DNA of 64,000 bases from Candidatus Daviesbacteria bacterium (GTDB taxonomy: Bacteria > Patescibacteriota > Microgenomatia > Daviesbacterales > UBA10151). Made by a program: the position numbers and the translations under genes. Of this stretch, positions 48,332 to 56,968 are shown piece by piece. The notes under the pieces are model-generated. The model searched no databases, was not told the origin of the DNA, and saw only the letters and a list, made by a program, of their open reading frames with translations. The stretch spans positions 94,616 to 158,615 of the forward strand of contig JACPKL010000010.1 in assembly GCA_016187035.1 (NCBI GenBank), read 5' to 3'. The first letter of the stretch is position 1; each line of letters begins with the position of its first letter.

Positions 48332-48355
48332 TCAGCCAGATTTGTGGATATATAT
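48332..48355 (+). repeat. 24-bp direct repeat, copy 2
   Basis: TCAGCCAGATTTGTGGATATATAT. Confidence 0.9.
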
Positions 48356-48358
48356 TTA

Positions 48359-48781
48359 TTATAATCTCTCTAAATATTTTAAAATTTCAGCCCCAAATTG
48401 ACGGAGATCTTTTAAGTCCTCTTTATAATCTTTAAAAAGAAGATGGAAGTCGAAATCATTATAGCCGTGTACAACTCTATTTCTAAAATCTGCTGCCTGA
48501 CCCATTTCAAAAGCTAGCTCTTTTGATATAATTCCTTTTTCTCCTAAAAAGCTAAAGGCATCTTTTGCTGTCTCTTTTTCAGATACATTAAGCCCGGCAA
48601 TAGTATGGGCTGCAATATCAATGCAAGTTTCAACTCCCTGCTGCAAACGGAAAACCACCAAATCATGAATATCAGGGTTTTCCACAAAAGTTTCTTCACT
48701 AAAATCCATGTTCTCAATTTTTTGGGTTTGTTCGTTCAGAAAATCCAGTTTTTTGGCAATTAAAGATTTATTAACCGGCAT
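48359..48781 (-). CDS. HEPN/DUF86 (HepT-like) RNase toxin
   Basis: LQ..VE.CIDIA, FRNRVVHGY (RX4H motif). Confidence 0.88.
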   Translation of the reverse strand: MPVNKSLIAKKLDFLNEQTQKIENMDFSEETFVENPDIHDLVVFRLQQGVETCIDIAAHTIAGLNVSEKETAKDAFSFLGEKGIISKELAFEMGQAADFRNRVVHGYNDFDFHLLFKDYKEDLKDLRQFGAEILKYLERL

Positions 48782-49178
48782 AAGCGAATTTATCTTTCAA
48801 ATAAGAATAGTATATTTTTCTAATGTGAGCGCTATCGTAATAATTCCTAGCAGCGAATACTTCAAAATAAACCTTAGCCTGTTCTGATTTCTGATAAATA
48901 CATTTTCCGGTACTTATAACTTGAAACAAAAATATTGGGGAAGATCTTTTATCAACTACAGACAAATCCAAATCCTTAGGAAAACTAATATGGGAAATTA
49001 GATTATAAACATCCTTATGGTCTAGTCTGGATACATCATCTATCACCACAGCTAAATCAAAATCGCTCTCCTTTTTTACTCTACCACTAACTGCCGAACC
49101 TAAAACATAGGCCAGTTTTATTTTCGGCTCCTTGGATAAAGCTGTGTTAATTTGCTTAGTCAAATTATTATCTATCAT
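48771..49178 (-). CDS. Minimal nucleotidyltransferase (MntA-like) antitoxin
   Basis: LGS...G.....SDFDLAV. Confidence 0.88.
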   Translation of the reverse strand: MIDNNLTKQINTALSKEPKIKLAYVLGSAVSGRVKKESDFDLAVVIDDVSRLDHKDVYNLISHISFPKDLDLSVVDKRSSPIFLFQVISTGKCIYQKSEQAKVYFEVFAARNYYDSAHIRKIYYSYLKDKFAYAG

Positions 49179-49188
49179 TAGATGAGTA

Positions 49189-49878
49189 TTATAGCATCTC
49201 TGAGAATTTAAAACTTTCTAAAATTTTATCTCCGCTTTCGTCTATTATTCTAAATAAATACATCTTGCCATTATTTGATATATAAAGATATTTAGGGGTA
49301 TTTGGCTGATAAGTAACAATTTTATATTTGGCAATCTTCCCGCTTATTGTTGCCTCTTTATCCAAAGCTACATGTCCCTTTGATTCAAAGTCAAATACTC
49401 CCCAAAGAAAAGGGTAATACCAATATTTATCAAACCAACTTTCTACGGTTAAACCATTTGGGTTGTCAAATACCCAGACAGAAATAGGGCTTTTATCAAA
49501 GTTTTGGTCTTTTTCTAAAACTACTACAGCTCCTAATAATTTCCCTGGCTCATACCCCACATATCCTTTAAAATTCTTTCTAAAATCCCCATTACCTCTT
49601 TTGTTATATTCTTCTTCAGAATCTTCTTTTACAGTTAAATCCTCATTAGGATAAGTTAACTGAAAACCCAGTTGCTTATTCTGATACGTTTGCTCTTTAT
49701 TTTTTTCGACAGATTTTAAGCTTAAGACGTTTTTTTGTATTGGTAAGATAGTCTTTTTTATATCTGGCTGATTTATATTTTTTGGCTGTTTATTTCGTAA
49801 TATCCAATACACTCCACCACTGGCCAATATCGTTAATACTACAGAAATCATTAAAAGCTGGGCAAAACCTTTTTGCAT
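49189..49878 (-). CDS. Pilin-like-leader surface protein, PsbP-like
   Basis: MQKGFAQ plus TM, TYQN..LGFQLTYP, DKILESFKF. Confidence 0.78.
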   Translation of the reverse strand: MQKGFAQLLMISVVLTILASGGVYWILRNKQPKNINQPDIKKTILPIQKNVLSLKSVEKNKEQTYQNKQLGFQLTYPNEDLTVKEDSEEEYNKRGNGDFRKNFKGYVGYEPGKLLGAVVVLEKDQNFDKSPISVWVFDNPNGLTVESWFDKYWYYPFLWGVFDFESKGHVALDKEATISGKIAKYKIVTYQPNTPKYLYISNNGKMYLFRIIDESGDKILESFKFSEML

Positions 49879-49899
49879 AATTACATAATAAATTAACTA

Positions 49900-50610
49900 T
49901 TGCTAAAATACAATTCATTCTGTTATTATCGGCCAATGGTGAAAAAAGCTCAAAATTCAAAAGTTAAAATTCAAAACTTAATTAGTTTTCCCGGTGGAAA
50001 ATTAAATAATTTTCTTAATACTATACCTGAAACTATTGCTCATTTTAGATCAAGTAAAACTTTTTACCTTATTCTTCTGGCGGTTGGAATTTTACTTTTA
50101 GCTATTTTTAAAAAAGGTTGGTTTGTGGCAGCCTCTGTTAATGGAGCACCTATCACTAATTTAGAGTTGCAAAGCAAATTAAACCAACAATTCAGGACCC
50201 AAACATTAAACCAATTAATTAATGAAAAGATTATCCTGTCTGAAGCCGGCAAAAACATGGCTATCCCAATTGAACAAGATATAGATAAAAGGATAGCAGA
50301 ACTTGAAACAAATGTTGGAGGTAAAAGCACCTTAGATACCCTGCTTTCTCAGCAAGGACAAACCAGAGCCTCCTTGAAAGATCAAATTAGAGTACAACTA
50401 GCTATTACCAAAATGTATGAGAAAGAAGCTACAGTATCTGCTGAAGAAGTTACCAAGTTTTTAGAAAACAACAGACAAAGTTTACAAGCCACAGAATCTG
50501 CTGCCCAGGAAAAAGAAGCATATGACAGTCTAAAAAGCCAAAAACTTTCCCAGATTTTTTCCCAGAAATTCCAAGAACTCAAAAATAAAGCTAAAATCCA
50601 GATTTTTTAG
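49900..50610 (+). CDS. SurA N-terminal domain / PrsA-like membrane protein (start probably ATG 49936)
   Basis: TM, AASVNG.PIT, TLNQLINEKII, LK.KAKI. Confidence 0.78.
   Translation: MLKYNSFCYYRPMVKKAQNSKVKIQNLISFPGGKLNNFLNTIPETIAHFRSSKTFYLILLAVGILLLAIFKKGWFVAASVNGAPITNLELQSKLNQQFRTQTLNQLINEKIILSEAGKNMAIPIEQDIDKRIAELETNVGGKSTLDTLLSQQGQTRASLKDQIRVQLAITKMYEKEATVSAEEVTKFLENNRQSLQATESAAQEKEAYDSLKSQKLSQIFSQKFQELKNKAKIQIF
49945..49979 (+). repeat. In-frame heptamer tract (KAQNSKVKIQNL)
   Basis: AAAGCTC AAAATTC AAAAGTT AAAATTC AAAACTT. Confidence 0.7.
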
Positions 50611-50622
50611 TATAATGGGTCG

Positions 50623-51705
50623 ATGGATTTAAGGCCAATAGCTGACAAACAAAAATCTCAATACAACAAATTAGTTACTCATGTTATCCAGTCATGGGAG
50701 TGGGGAGAATTTAGAAAATCATTAGGGTTACCGGTTTTAAGATATGGGCTTTTTGAAGCTAACCAACTTACTGCAGCTTTTCAACTGACTTTGCACAAAA
50801 TACCTTTTACTAACAAATATGCCGGCTATTTACCAAAAGGCCCTGCTTCTGATTCGCAACTAGCTGAGGCTTTGGAAAAGATTGGCAGAAAACATAATTG
50901 CGCTTTTATCAAGCTGGAACCTAATATCCCCGTCATTGCGAGCGAAGCGAAGCAATCTTCTACCTTAACTAATAAGATTGCCACAGTACGTTCAGTTGAC
51001 ATGAACGTACCTCGTAATGACAAATTAGTAGATAAAAGTTTTATTCCTTCTCCAAAACCATTATTTACTAAATATAATTTTGTTTTGGATCTAACACAAT
51101 CAGAAGAGCAAATTTTAAAAAACATGCATTCAAAAACCAGATACAATATTAAACTAGCTCAAAAACATGAAGTAAAAGTTGAAGAAAAAACTGATGATGA
51201 AGCTTTTAAGATTTATTTAAAATTATATTTTGAAACAACTAAAAGGCAAGGTTACCATGGACATAATGAGTATTATCACCAAAAGGTTTGGGAAACTTTA
51301 AAAAAAACAGGAATGGCCAGATTACTGATTGCCTCATACAAAAACGAGCCTTTAACTGCCTGGATGCTTTTGAATTTCAAAGACACCCTTTATTACCCTT
51401 ATGGCGGATCTAACAAAAACCATCCGGAAGTAATGGCCAGTAACTTGATAGCCTGGGAAGCTATAACTTTAGGTAAAAAGCTGAAGCTTAAAAAGTTTGA
51501 TATGTGGGGAGCTTTGGGACCTGATGCTAATTCCAAAGATCCCTGGTATGGATTTCATAGATTTAAAGCTGGTTTCGGAGGAAAACTCATAGAATATATC
51601 GGCACTTATGATTTAGTCTTTGACTGGCCACTTTACTGGATGTTTACTTTAATAGATAAATTAACACCACTAAAAGTCTTTCTGTTAAAATTACTTGGAA
51701 AATAG
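50623..51705 (+). CDS. FemABX-family peptidoglycan aminoacyltransferase
   Basis: QSWEWG.F, Y.PKGP, KTRYNI..A.K, YYPYGGS, G..RFK.GFGG. Confidence 0.92.
   Translation: MDLRPIADKQKSQYNKLVTHVIQSWEWGEFRKSLGLPVLRYGLFEANQLTAAFQLTLHKIPFTNKYAGYLPKGPASDSQLAEALEKIGRKHNCAFIKLEPNIPVIASEAKQSSTLTNKIATVRSVDMNVPRNDKLVDKSFIPSPKPLFTKYNFVLDLTQSEEQILKNMHSKTRYNIKLAQKHEVKVEEKTDDEAFKIYLKLYFETTKRQGYHGHNEYYHQKVWETLKKTGMARLLIASYKNEPLTAWMLLNFKDTLYYPYGGSNKNHPEVMASNLIAWEAITLGKKLKLKKFDMWGALGPDANSKDPWYGFHRFKAGFGGKLIEYIGTYDLVFDWPLYWMFTLIDKLTPLKVFLLKLLGK
50932..51021. mobile_element. 90-bp GTCATT..AATGAC palindromic element in frame in the femX-like gene
   Basis: GTCATTGCGAGCGAAGCGAAGCAATCTT...AAGATTGCCAC..CTCGTAATGAC; close homologue of the sbcD element. 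Confidence 0.9.
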
Positions 51706-51768
51706 ATTTATGATTCACGATTTATGATTTATGAATATTCTTAAATCTTTAATCTTAAATCATTAATC
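51704..51768. repeat. Heptamer-periodic inverted repeat
   Basis: AGATTTA TGATTCA CGATTTA TGATTTA / TCTTAAA TCTTTAA TCTTAAA TCATTAA. Confidence 0.8.
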
Positions 51769-51777
51769 AATTCTAAT

Positions 51778-52284
51778 ATGGACACTACACTAATCATCTC
51801 CGGAGGTATTTTGATAGGCTGCATTATATCCCTATCCTGGTTTGCTGGCTCTGATGCACCCTTTGTACCCACCAAAATGGATCATATCAGAAAAATCCTC
51901 AAGCTTGCCGGAGTTAAAAAAGGAAAAAGATTTTATGAGCTAGGATCTGGTGATGGCAGGGTTGTCCTTGCTGCTGCCAAACTGGGTGCTTATGCCGTTG
52001 GCATAGAACAATCCTGGATTAGGATTTTATATTCCAAACAATTAGCTTTACACCTTCCAGGTATCAACGTAAAGTTCTATCATGGAAATTTATTTTCCAA
52101 ATCCTATAAAGATGCTGATATTATTTATATTTACCTGCTTCATAAAGGTGTTAAGAAACTGGAGGAAAAGCTTAAAAAGGAATTAAAAAAAGGTGCTATA
52201 GTAATTACCCAAACTTATCATTTCCCAAACTGGAGACCATTTAAAAAAGAGGGGGATTTTTGGTTGTACAAACAAACATTTTAG
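51778..52284 (+). CDS. Membrane-anchored class I SAM methyltransferase
   Basis: APFVPT, ELGSGDGR, ADIIYIYL. Confidence 0.85.
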   Translation: MDTTLIISGGILIGCIISLSWFAGSDAPFVPTKMDHIRKILKLAGVKKGKRFYELGSGDGRVVLAAAKLGAYAVGIEQSWIRILYSKQLALHLPGINVKFYHGNLFSKSYKDADIIYIYLLHKGVKKLEEKLKKELKKGAIVITQTYHFPNWRPFKKEGDFWLYKQTF

Positions 52285-52310
52285 TGTACGATCGTACAAG
52301 CAATTGGTAC
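52277..52310. repeat. 32-bp ACGATCGT-core palindrome supplying stop codons to two convergent genes
   Basis: Minus strand GTACCAATTGCTTGTACGATCGTACACTAAAATG, 30/34 identical to 28737-28770. Confidence 0.88.
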
Positions 52311-53468
52311 GGCTTTTGTAATCTGCTCAAGTCTCTCGTTTCTAATTGTATACAAATCCTCTATTCTGACCCCACCAAACATAGGAATATAAATCCCAGG
52401 CTCTATGGAAAAAACCATTCCTGTCTTTAAAACTTCCTTGCTTTTGGGTGAAAGGGAAGGATGTTCATGAACTTCAAGTCCTATCCCATGACCTAAGGAG
52501 TGAGGTAAATTCGGATAACCCTTAGACTTAATATAATCCCTGGCTACTTTGTCTACATCTGCTGACTGCACTTGCTTAGTAGAATTAATATAGTCTACTG
52601 CTTTCTTTTGTGCTTCTAAAGCTACCTCGTACATTTCCTGTTGTTTCCTGATAGGTTTTCCAAAAAATACAGTCCTGGTCATATCAGAACAATAATTTTC
52701 CCATTTTACTCCGAAATCGAGAAGGACGATTAGTCCTTCTCGTCCTGAGCGAGACTTCGACGGTGAGCTCAGTCGAACCGCGGAGCGAGTCGCACGTTCG
52801 ACAAGCTCAGTGCGACCCTGAGCGACAGTCGAATGGGTCGAAAGACCCAAAACAGTTTGTCCAGTTTGATGATGCGGTATAGCAGAATTTTTACCAAAAG
52901 CAACTATAGCTGGAAAAGAAAACTCTCCTCCTTGCCCTTTAATAAAATCCTCCAATTTATTAGCAATTTCTTTTTCAGTTACACCTATTTTAATCTGTTT
53001 TAAAATATACTCAAAAGCCAAATCCCCTATCTTACAAGCCTTTTTTATTTTCTTTATTTCATCAGGAGTTTTTATGCTCCTATTTAATTTAAAATGTTTT
53101 GTGGTTTTAAAATGCTTTTTTACTAATTTTGCCTCTAGTACAGTTAAATTATCCTCCTCTATTCCTAAAATTTTAATTTGATTTTTTAGCTTTTTAAACA
53201 ACTGTTCCGTTGGTGTTTGATGACTTCTTTCAAAAAGTTCAAAATGTGGCACTTGTTTTTTTATGGCATGGGTATATCTGCCATCAGTAATAATATATTG
53301 AAGATTATTTCCTATTATTAAGTAGGCTTCTCTTTCTTCCTTTGAAAAATTAGCATAACCTGTCAGATAAGTAATATTAGAAACAGAGGAAATAAAAACT
53401 GCATCTAATTTTCTTTCTTTAAGATTTTCCCTGATATTTTTTAATCTGGTTACAAACATGCCCCACAT
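52281..53468 (-). CDS. Xaa-Pro aminopeptidase (M24B) with nested palindromic insertion
   Basis: NSAIPH, DFG....YCSDMTRT, HSLGHGIGLEVHE, FSIEPGIY, GVRIED. Confidence 0.93.
   Translation of the reverse strand: MWGMFVTRLKNIRENLKERKLDAVFISSVSNITYLTGYANFSKEEREAYLIIGNNLQYIITDGRYTHAIKKQVPHFELFERSHQTPTEQLFKKLKNQIKILGIEEDNLTVLEAKLVKKHFKTTKHFKLNRSIKTPDEIKKIKKACKIGDLAFEYILKQIKIGVTEKEIANKLEDFIKGQGGEFSFPAIVAFGKNSAIPHHQTGQTVLGLSTHSTVAQGRTELVERATRSAVRLSSPSKSRSGREGLIVLLDFGVKWENYCSDMTRTVFFGKPIRKQQEMYEVALEAQKKAVDYINSTKQVQSADVDKVARDYIKSKGYPNLPHSLGHGIGLEVHEHPSLSPKSKEVLKTGMVFSIEPGIYIPMFGGVRIEDLYTIRNERLEQITKAVPIACTIVH
52742..52846. mobile_element. 105-bp nested CTGAGC/TTCGAC palindromic element in frame in the peptidase
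   Basis: Outer GTCCTGAGCG..GTCGAAAGAC enclosing CTTCGACGGTGAGCTCAGTCGAA, GCACGTTCGACAAGCTCAGTGC and GACCCTGAGCGACAGTCGAATGGGTC. Confidence 0.85.
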
Positions 53469-53488
53469 TTTACCATGATATAATCCCT

Positions 53489-54733
53489 TTGATGAAACTT
53501 CTTCATTTTTCTGATCTTCATATTGGGATGGAAAATTATGCTAAATTGGATCCTGAAACAGGATTATCCTCAAGACTTTTGGACTTTTTTAAAACTTTTG
53601 ATTTTATTGTTGAAACTGCTTTTACAGAAGATGTTGATGCTGTTATTTTTGCTGGAGATGCTTATAAAACCCGTGACCCAAACCCTACCCAGCAAAGAGG
53701 TTTTGGTGAAAGAATTAAAAAACTAGCCAAAAAAATCCCGGTAATATTGGTCGTGGGAAACCACGATACTCCTAATGCTGACGGCAAAGCTAATACTTTG
53801 GATATATATTCTGCTTTGGAAATAGAAAATGTTTTGGTATCAAGAAAACCTGAGTACTTAGAAATCTCCACTAAATCAGGCTCCTTACAAATTATCACTC
53901 TTCCCTGGCTGCATAAAAATGACTACAAAACAATCGGGGATAAACTGCAACTGCAGTATGACAAAATCAAACCTTCCTCTCCTGCTATACTTTTATCACA
54001 TGCTGAAGTAGAAGGAGCAACATATGGGTCTGAAAAAGGCCTGGCAATTGCAAATGATGTGACTATTCCCCTGCCTCTTTTACAGGATAAAAGAATATCT
54101 TATGCGGCTTTAGGCCATATCCACAAACATCAAGTTTTATCAAAAAACCCTTTGGTTGTTTACTGCGGCTCTCCCCAAAGGATTGATTTCGGAGAAGAAA
54201 AGGAAGAAAAAGGCATATGCCTTGTGGAAATAAGTCCCTCTTTGTCATTGCGAGCGACAGCGAAGCAATCTTCCACCTCCAATAATAAGATTGCCACGTC
54301 CTCGTCTACGGCGACTCCTCGCAATGACGGTTTTACCGCCTCTTTTCAATTTATCCCTACCAATGCCAGAAAATTTTTAACCATTATCGTTAATTTAAAA
54401 AACGGACAAGAAAACCCTACTCAAACCATTCTGGAAGAAATTCAAAATTATGATATTAAAGACAAGATAGTCAGGCTGATTATAAACATCCCTGCTGATT
54501 GTAATAAAGAAATCCATATGGACAAAATTAAAAAAGCTTTATCCGCCTCTCACCTGATTGCCGGTATTTCCAGAAATGTGGAAAGAGTAGAAAGGGTGAA
54601 GTTTGATGGAGGGAAAGAAGTGGAAACTTTAACACCAGTTATGGCTTTAAGAAAATATTTTGAGTTTAAAAAATACCCTCTTCAAAAACAAAAAGAGTTG
54701 GAAAAATACGCTGCCCAGCTGTTAGATAGTTAA
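53489..54733 (+). CDS. sbcD: Nuclease SbcCD subunit D (Mre11-like)
   Basis: HFSDLHIG, AGD, GNHD, ALGHIH, Y.GSP.RIDFGE. Confidence 0.95.
   Translation: MMKLLHFSDLHIGMENYAKLDPETGLSSRLLDFFKTFDFIVETAFTEDVDAVIFAGDAYKTRDPNPTQQRGFGERIKKLAKKIPVILVVGNHDTPNADGKANTLDIYSALEIENVLVSRKPEYLEISTKSGSLQIITLPWLHKNDYKTIGDKLQLQYDKIKPSSPAILLSHAEVEGATYGSEKGLAIANDVTIPLPLLQDKRISYAALGHIHKHQVLSKNPLVVYCGSPQRIDFGEEKEEKGICLVEISPSLSLRATAKQSSTSNNKIATSSSTATPRNDGFTASFQFIPTNARKFLTIIVNLKNGQENPTQTILEEIQNYDIKDKIVRLIINIPADCNKEIHMDKIKKALSASHLIAGISRNVERVERVKFDGGKEVETLTPVMALRKYFEFKKYPLQKQKELEKYAAQLLDS
54244..54328. mobile_element. GTCATT..AATGAC palindromic element within sbcD (frame preserved)
   Basis: GTCATTGCGAGCGACAGCGAAGCAATCTT...AAGATTGCCACGTC..CTCGCAATGAC. 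Confidence 0.9.
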
Positions 54734-54734
54734 T

Positions 54735-56954
54735 ATGATACCTACTAAACTTAAACTATCCAATTTCACATCATATGGGGAAAACCCTCCGGAGTTGGAC
54801 TTTACCAAATTTAAACTGGCTGCTATTTCAGGCCTTAACGGAGCCGGTAAATCCTCTCTTTTGGATGCCATTACCTGGTGTGTCTGGGGCACTTCTCGGG
54901 CTGGAGATTCTGCAGATTCTCTAATACATCTTGGAAAAGACAGTATGCAGGTTGAATTTTCCTTTAAACTGGACACCCATACATACACTGTCAAACGAAA
55001 ACGTTCCAAAAAAGGTGGTGGTTCAACTAGTCTGGAGTTATGGTCAAACTCTCATAACTTGACTGAAGGCACTATCAAAACAACCCAAGAGAAAATCATC
55101 CAAACCCTACATTTAACTTTTGAAACTTTTACCAATTCCTCTTACCTTAGGCAAGGACATGCAGATGAATTTACTACTAAAGGACCAACTGACCGAAAAA
55201 GAATCCTAGCAGACATTTTAGGATTGGACCATTATGATAAGTTAGAAGAAAAGGCTAAAGAAAAAGCAAAAGAGTCTCAAACCAAATTACAACTTTTAGA
55301 TTATCAGCTGCTGGAAATTGAAGCAGAGCTTTCTCAGAAAGAAGAAAGAGAAAAATCCTTATTCTTAAAAGAAACAGAGGCAAAAAAAGTGGAAGCAGAG
55401 CTTCTAGAAGTTGAAAGATTAATTAAAACTATCCAAGAGGAACATCAAACTATATATTCTACTGTTAAATCTTTTGCAGAAAAAAGGATCCAAATAGAGA
55501 AAGTAAAAAAAGAGTTGGAAGATACTAATTTACAAATTTCCCTTAAAGAAAAGGCAAAACAGGAATTTCAAGACGTCTTAGAACAAAAACAAGTGATAGA
55601 AACCAATTATCAAAAGTTGCAAAGACTTGAGCAGGAAAAGAGTGAATTAGAGATAAAACGGTCGAGCCTTTTAAAGGTTAGGGACGAACTGGCAGCCGTC
55701 CAAAAAATTTTAATCAGCAGAGAAGAAAAAAGACAGATCACTATCAAAAACTTAGAAATAGAAATAAAAAAATTAGAAACTGAGAACGAACAATTACAAA
55801 ACCAAAACAATCATCTGAAATCCCACAAAAATACTTGCCCTACTTGTAACCAAACAATCGGTAAAGATAGAAATGAGCAAATTTCATCTAAAAATAAAGC
55901 ATCTATAGATAAAAATGAGCTTCGAATTACAGAGTTGCAGGAAAAATCACAAAAATACCAATCTGTCGTATTACCTGAGCAGATTCAAGCTAGTGATTTA
56001 GAAAAACAGGTTAAGATTTTAGACAACCAGACAAAACACTATCCCCAAATCAAGGATCAAATCTTTCAGTTAGATAAATATCAAAATCTATATATCAAAC
56101 TTCAACAGGCAGAGATCGGGGTCAAAACCCACCAAGAAGCTATCCTGGATTTAAAGAGGATCTACGACAGCAAAGATCAACACTTAAAAGACGGGCAAAA
56201 GGAATTAGAAGGATTAGAAGGATTAGAAAATAAATTAAAAGAAGTCCAAAAAAAATTATTCTCTAAGGAAGCTGTTAAGATGGAATTATCTCGGAAAGCA
56301 TTAGAGTTAAGCAGCATTGTTGGTGAAGCTAAGCAATTAGTTTCCCAATCTGAGCAACTGGAAAAATTGGCTAGCCAAAAACAGGCAGATAAACATAATT
56401 TACAAAAGGAAAAAGAGATTTTTGAGGAGTTATCTTTGGCTTTTGGCAAAAAAGGCATCCAGGCAATGATTATTGAAGCAGCAATTCCGGAAATTGAGGA
56501 GGAGACAAATCAGTTGTTAGGAAGATTGACAGAAGACAGAATGAAAGTTACTTTGCAGACTCAAAGAGAAGCCAAGACTAAAATAGCTGGCGGAGAAAAA
56601 GGGATTGTGGAGACTTTGGATATTATTATTTCTGATGAGATGGGAGAAAGAGCTTATGAGCTATATAGTGGCGGCGAGGCTTTCAGGGTAAATTTTGCTA
56701 TCAGGCTGGCTATCTCTAAATTATTAACTCACAGGGCTGGGGCCAAACTGCAGTTTTTAGTAATTGATGAAGGGTTTGGCTCACAAGATACACCAGGCAG
56801 GGCAAAGCTGGTTGAAGCCATAGATACCATTAAAGATGATTTTGAAAAAATTTTGGTTATCACCCATATTGAGGAACTTAAAGAAGAATTCCCGGTCAGG
56901 ATTGAGGTGTCTAAAAATTCTATGGGTTCCACTTTTGAACTAATAGGTATTTAA
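54735..56954 (+). CDS. sbcC: Nuclease SbcCD subunit C (Rad50-like)
   Basis: GLNGAGKSS, CPTC zinc hook, YSGGE, IDEGFGSQD, ITH. Confidence 0.95.
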   Translation: MIPTKLKLSNFTSYGENPPELDFTKFKLAAISGLNGAGKSSLLDAITWCVWGTSRAGDSADSLIHLGKDSMQVEFSFKLDTHTYTVKRKRSKKGGGSTSLELWSNSHNLTEGTIKTTQEKIIQTLHLTFETFTNSSYLRQGHADEFTTKGPTDRKRILADILGLDHYDKLEEKAKEKAKESQTKLQLLDYQLLEIEAELSQKEEREKSLFLKETEAKKVEAELLEVERLIKTIQEEHQTIYSTVKSFAEKRIQIEKVKKELEDTNLQISLKEKAKQEFQDVLEQKQVIETNYQKLQRLEQEKSELEIKRSSLLKVRDELAAVQKILISREEKRQITIKNLEIEIKKLETENEQLQNQNNHLKSHKNTCPTCNQTIGKDRNEQISSKNKASIDKNELRITELQEKSQKYQSVVLPEQIQASDLEKQVKILDNQTKHYPQIKDQIFQLDKYQNLYIKLQQAEIGVKTHQEAILDLKRIYDSKDQHLKDGQKELEGLEGLENKLKEVQKKLFSKEAVKMELSRKALELSSIVGEAKQLVSQSEQLEKLASQKQADKHNLQKEKEIFEELSLAFGKKGIQAMIIEAAIPEIEEETNQLLGRLTEDRMKVTLQTQREAKTKIAGGEKGIVETLDIIISDEMGERAYELYSGGEAFRVNFAIRLAISKLLTHRAGAKLQFLVIDEGFGSQDTPGRAKLVEAIDTIKDDFEKILVITHIEELKEEFPVRIEVSKNSMGSTFELIGI

Positions 56955-56968
56955 GCTACAATGGTCTC

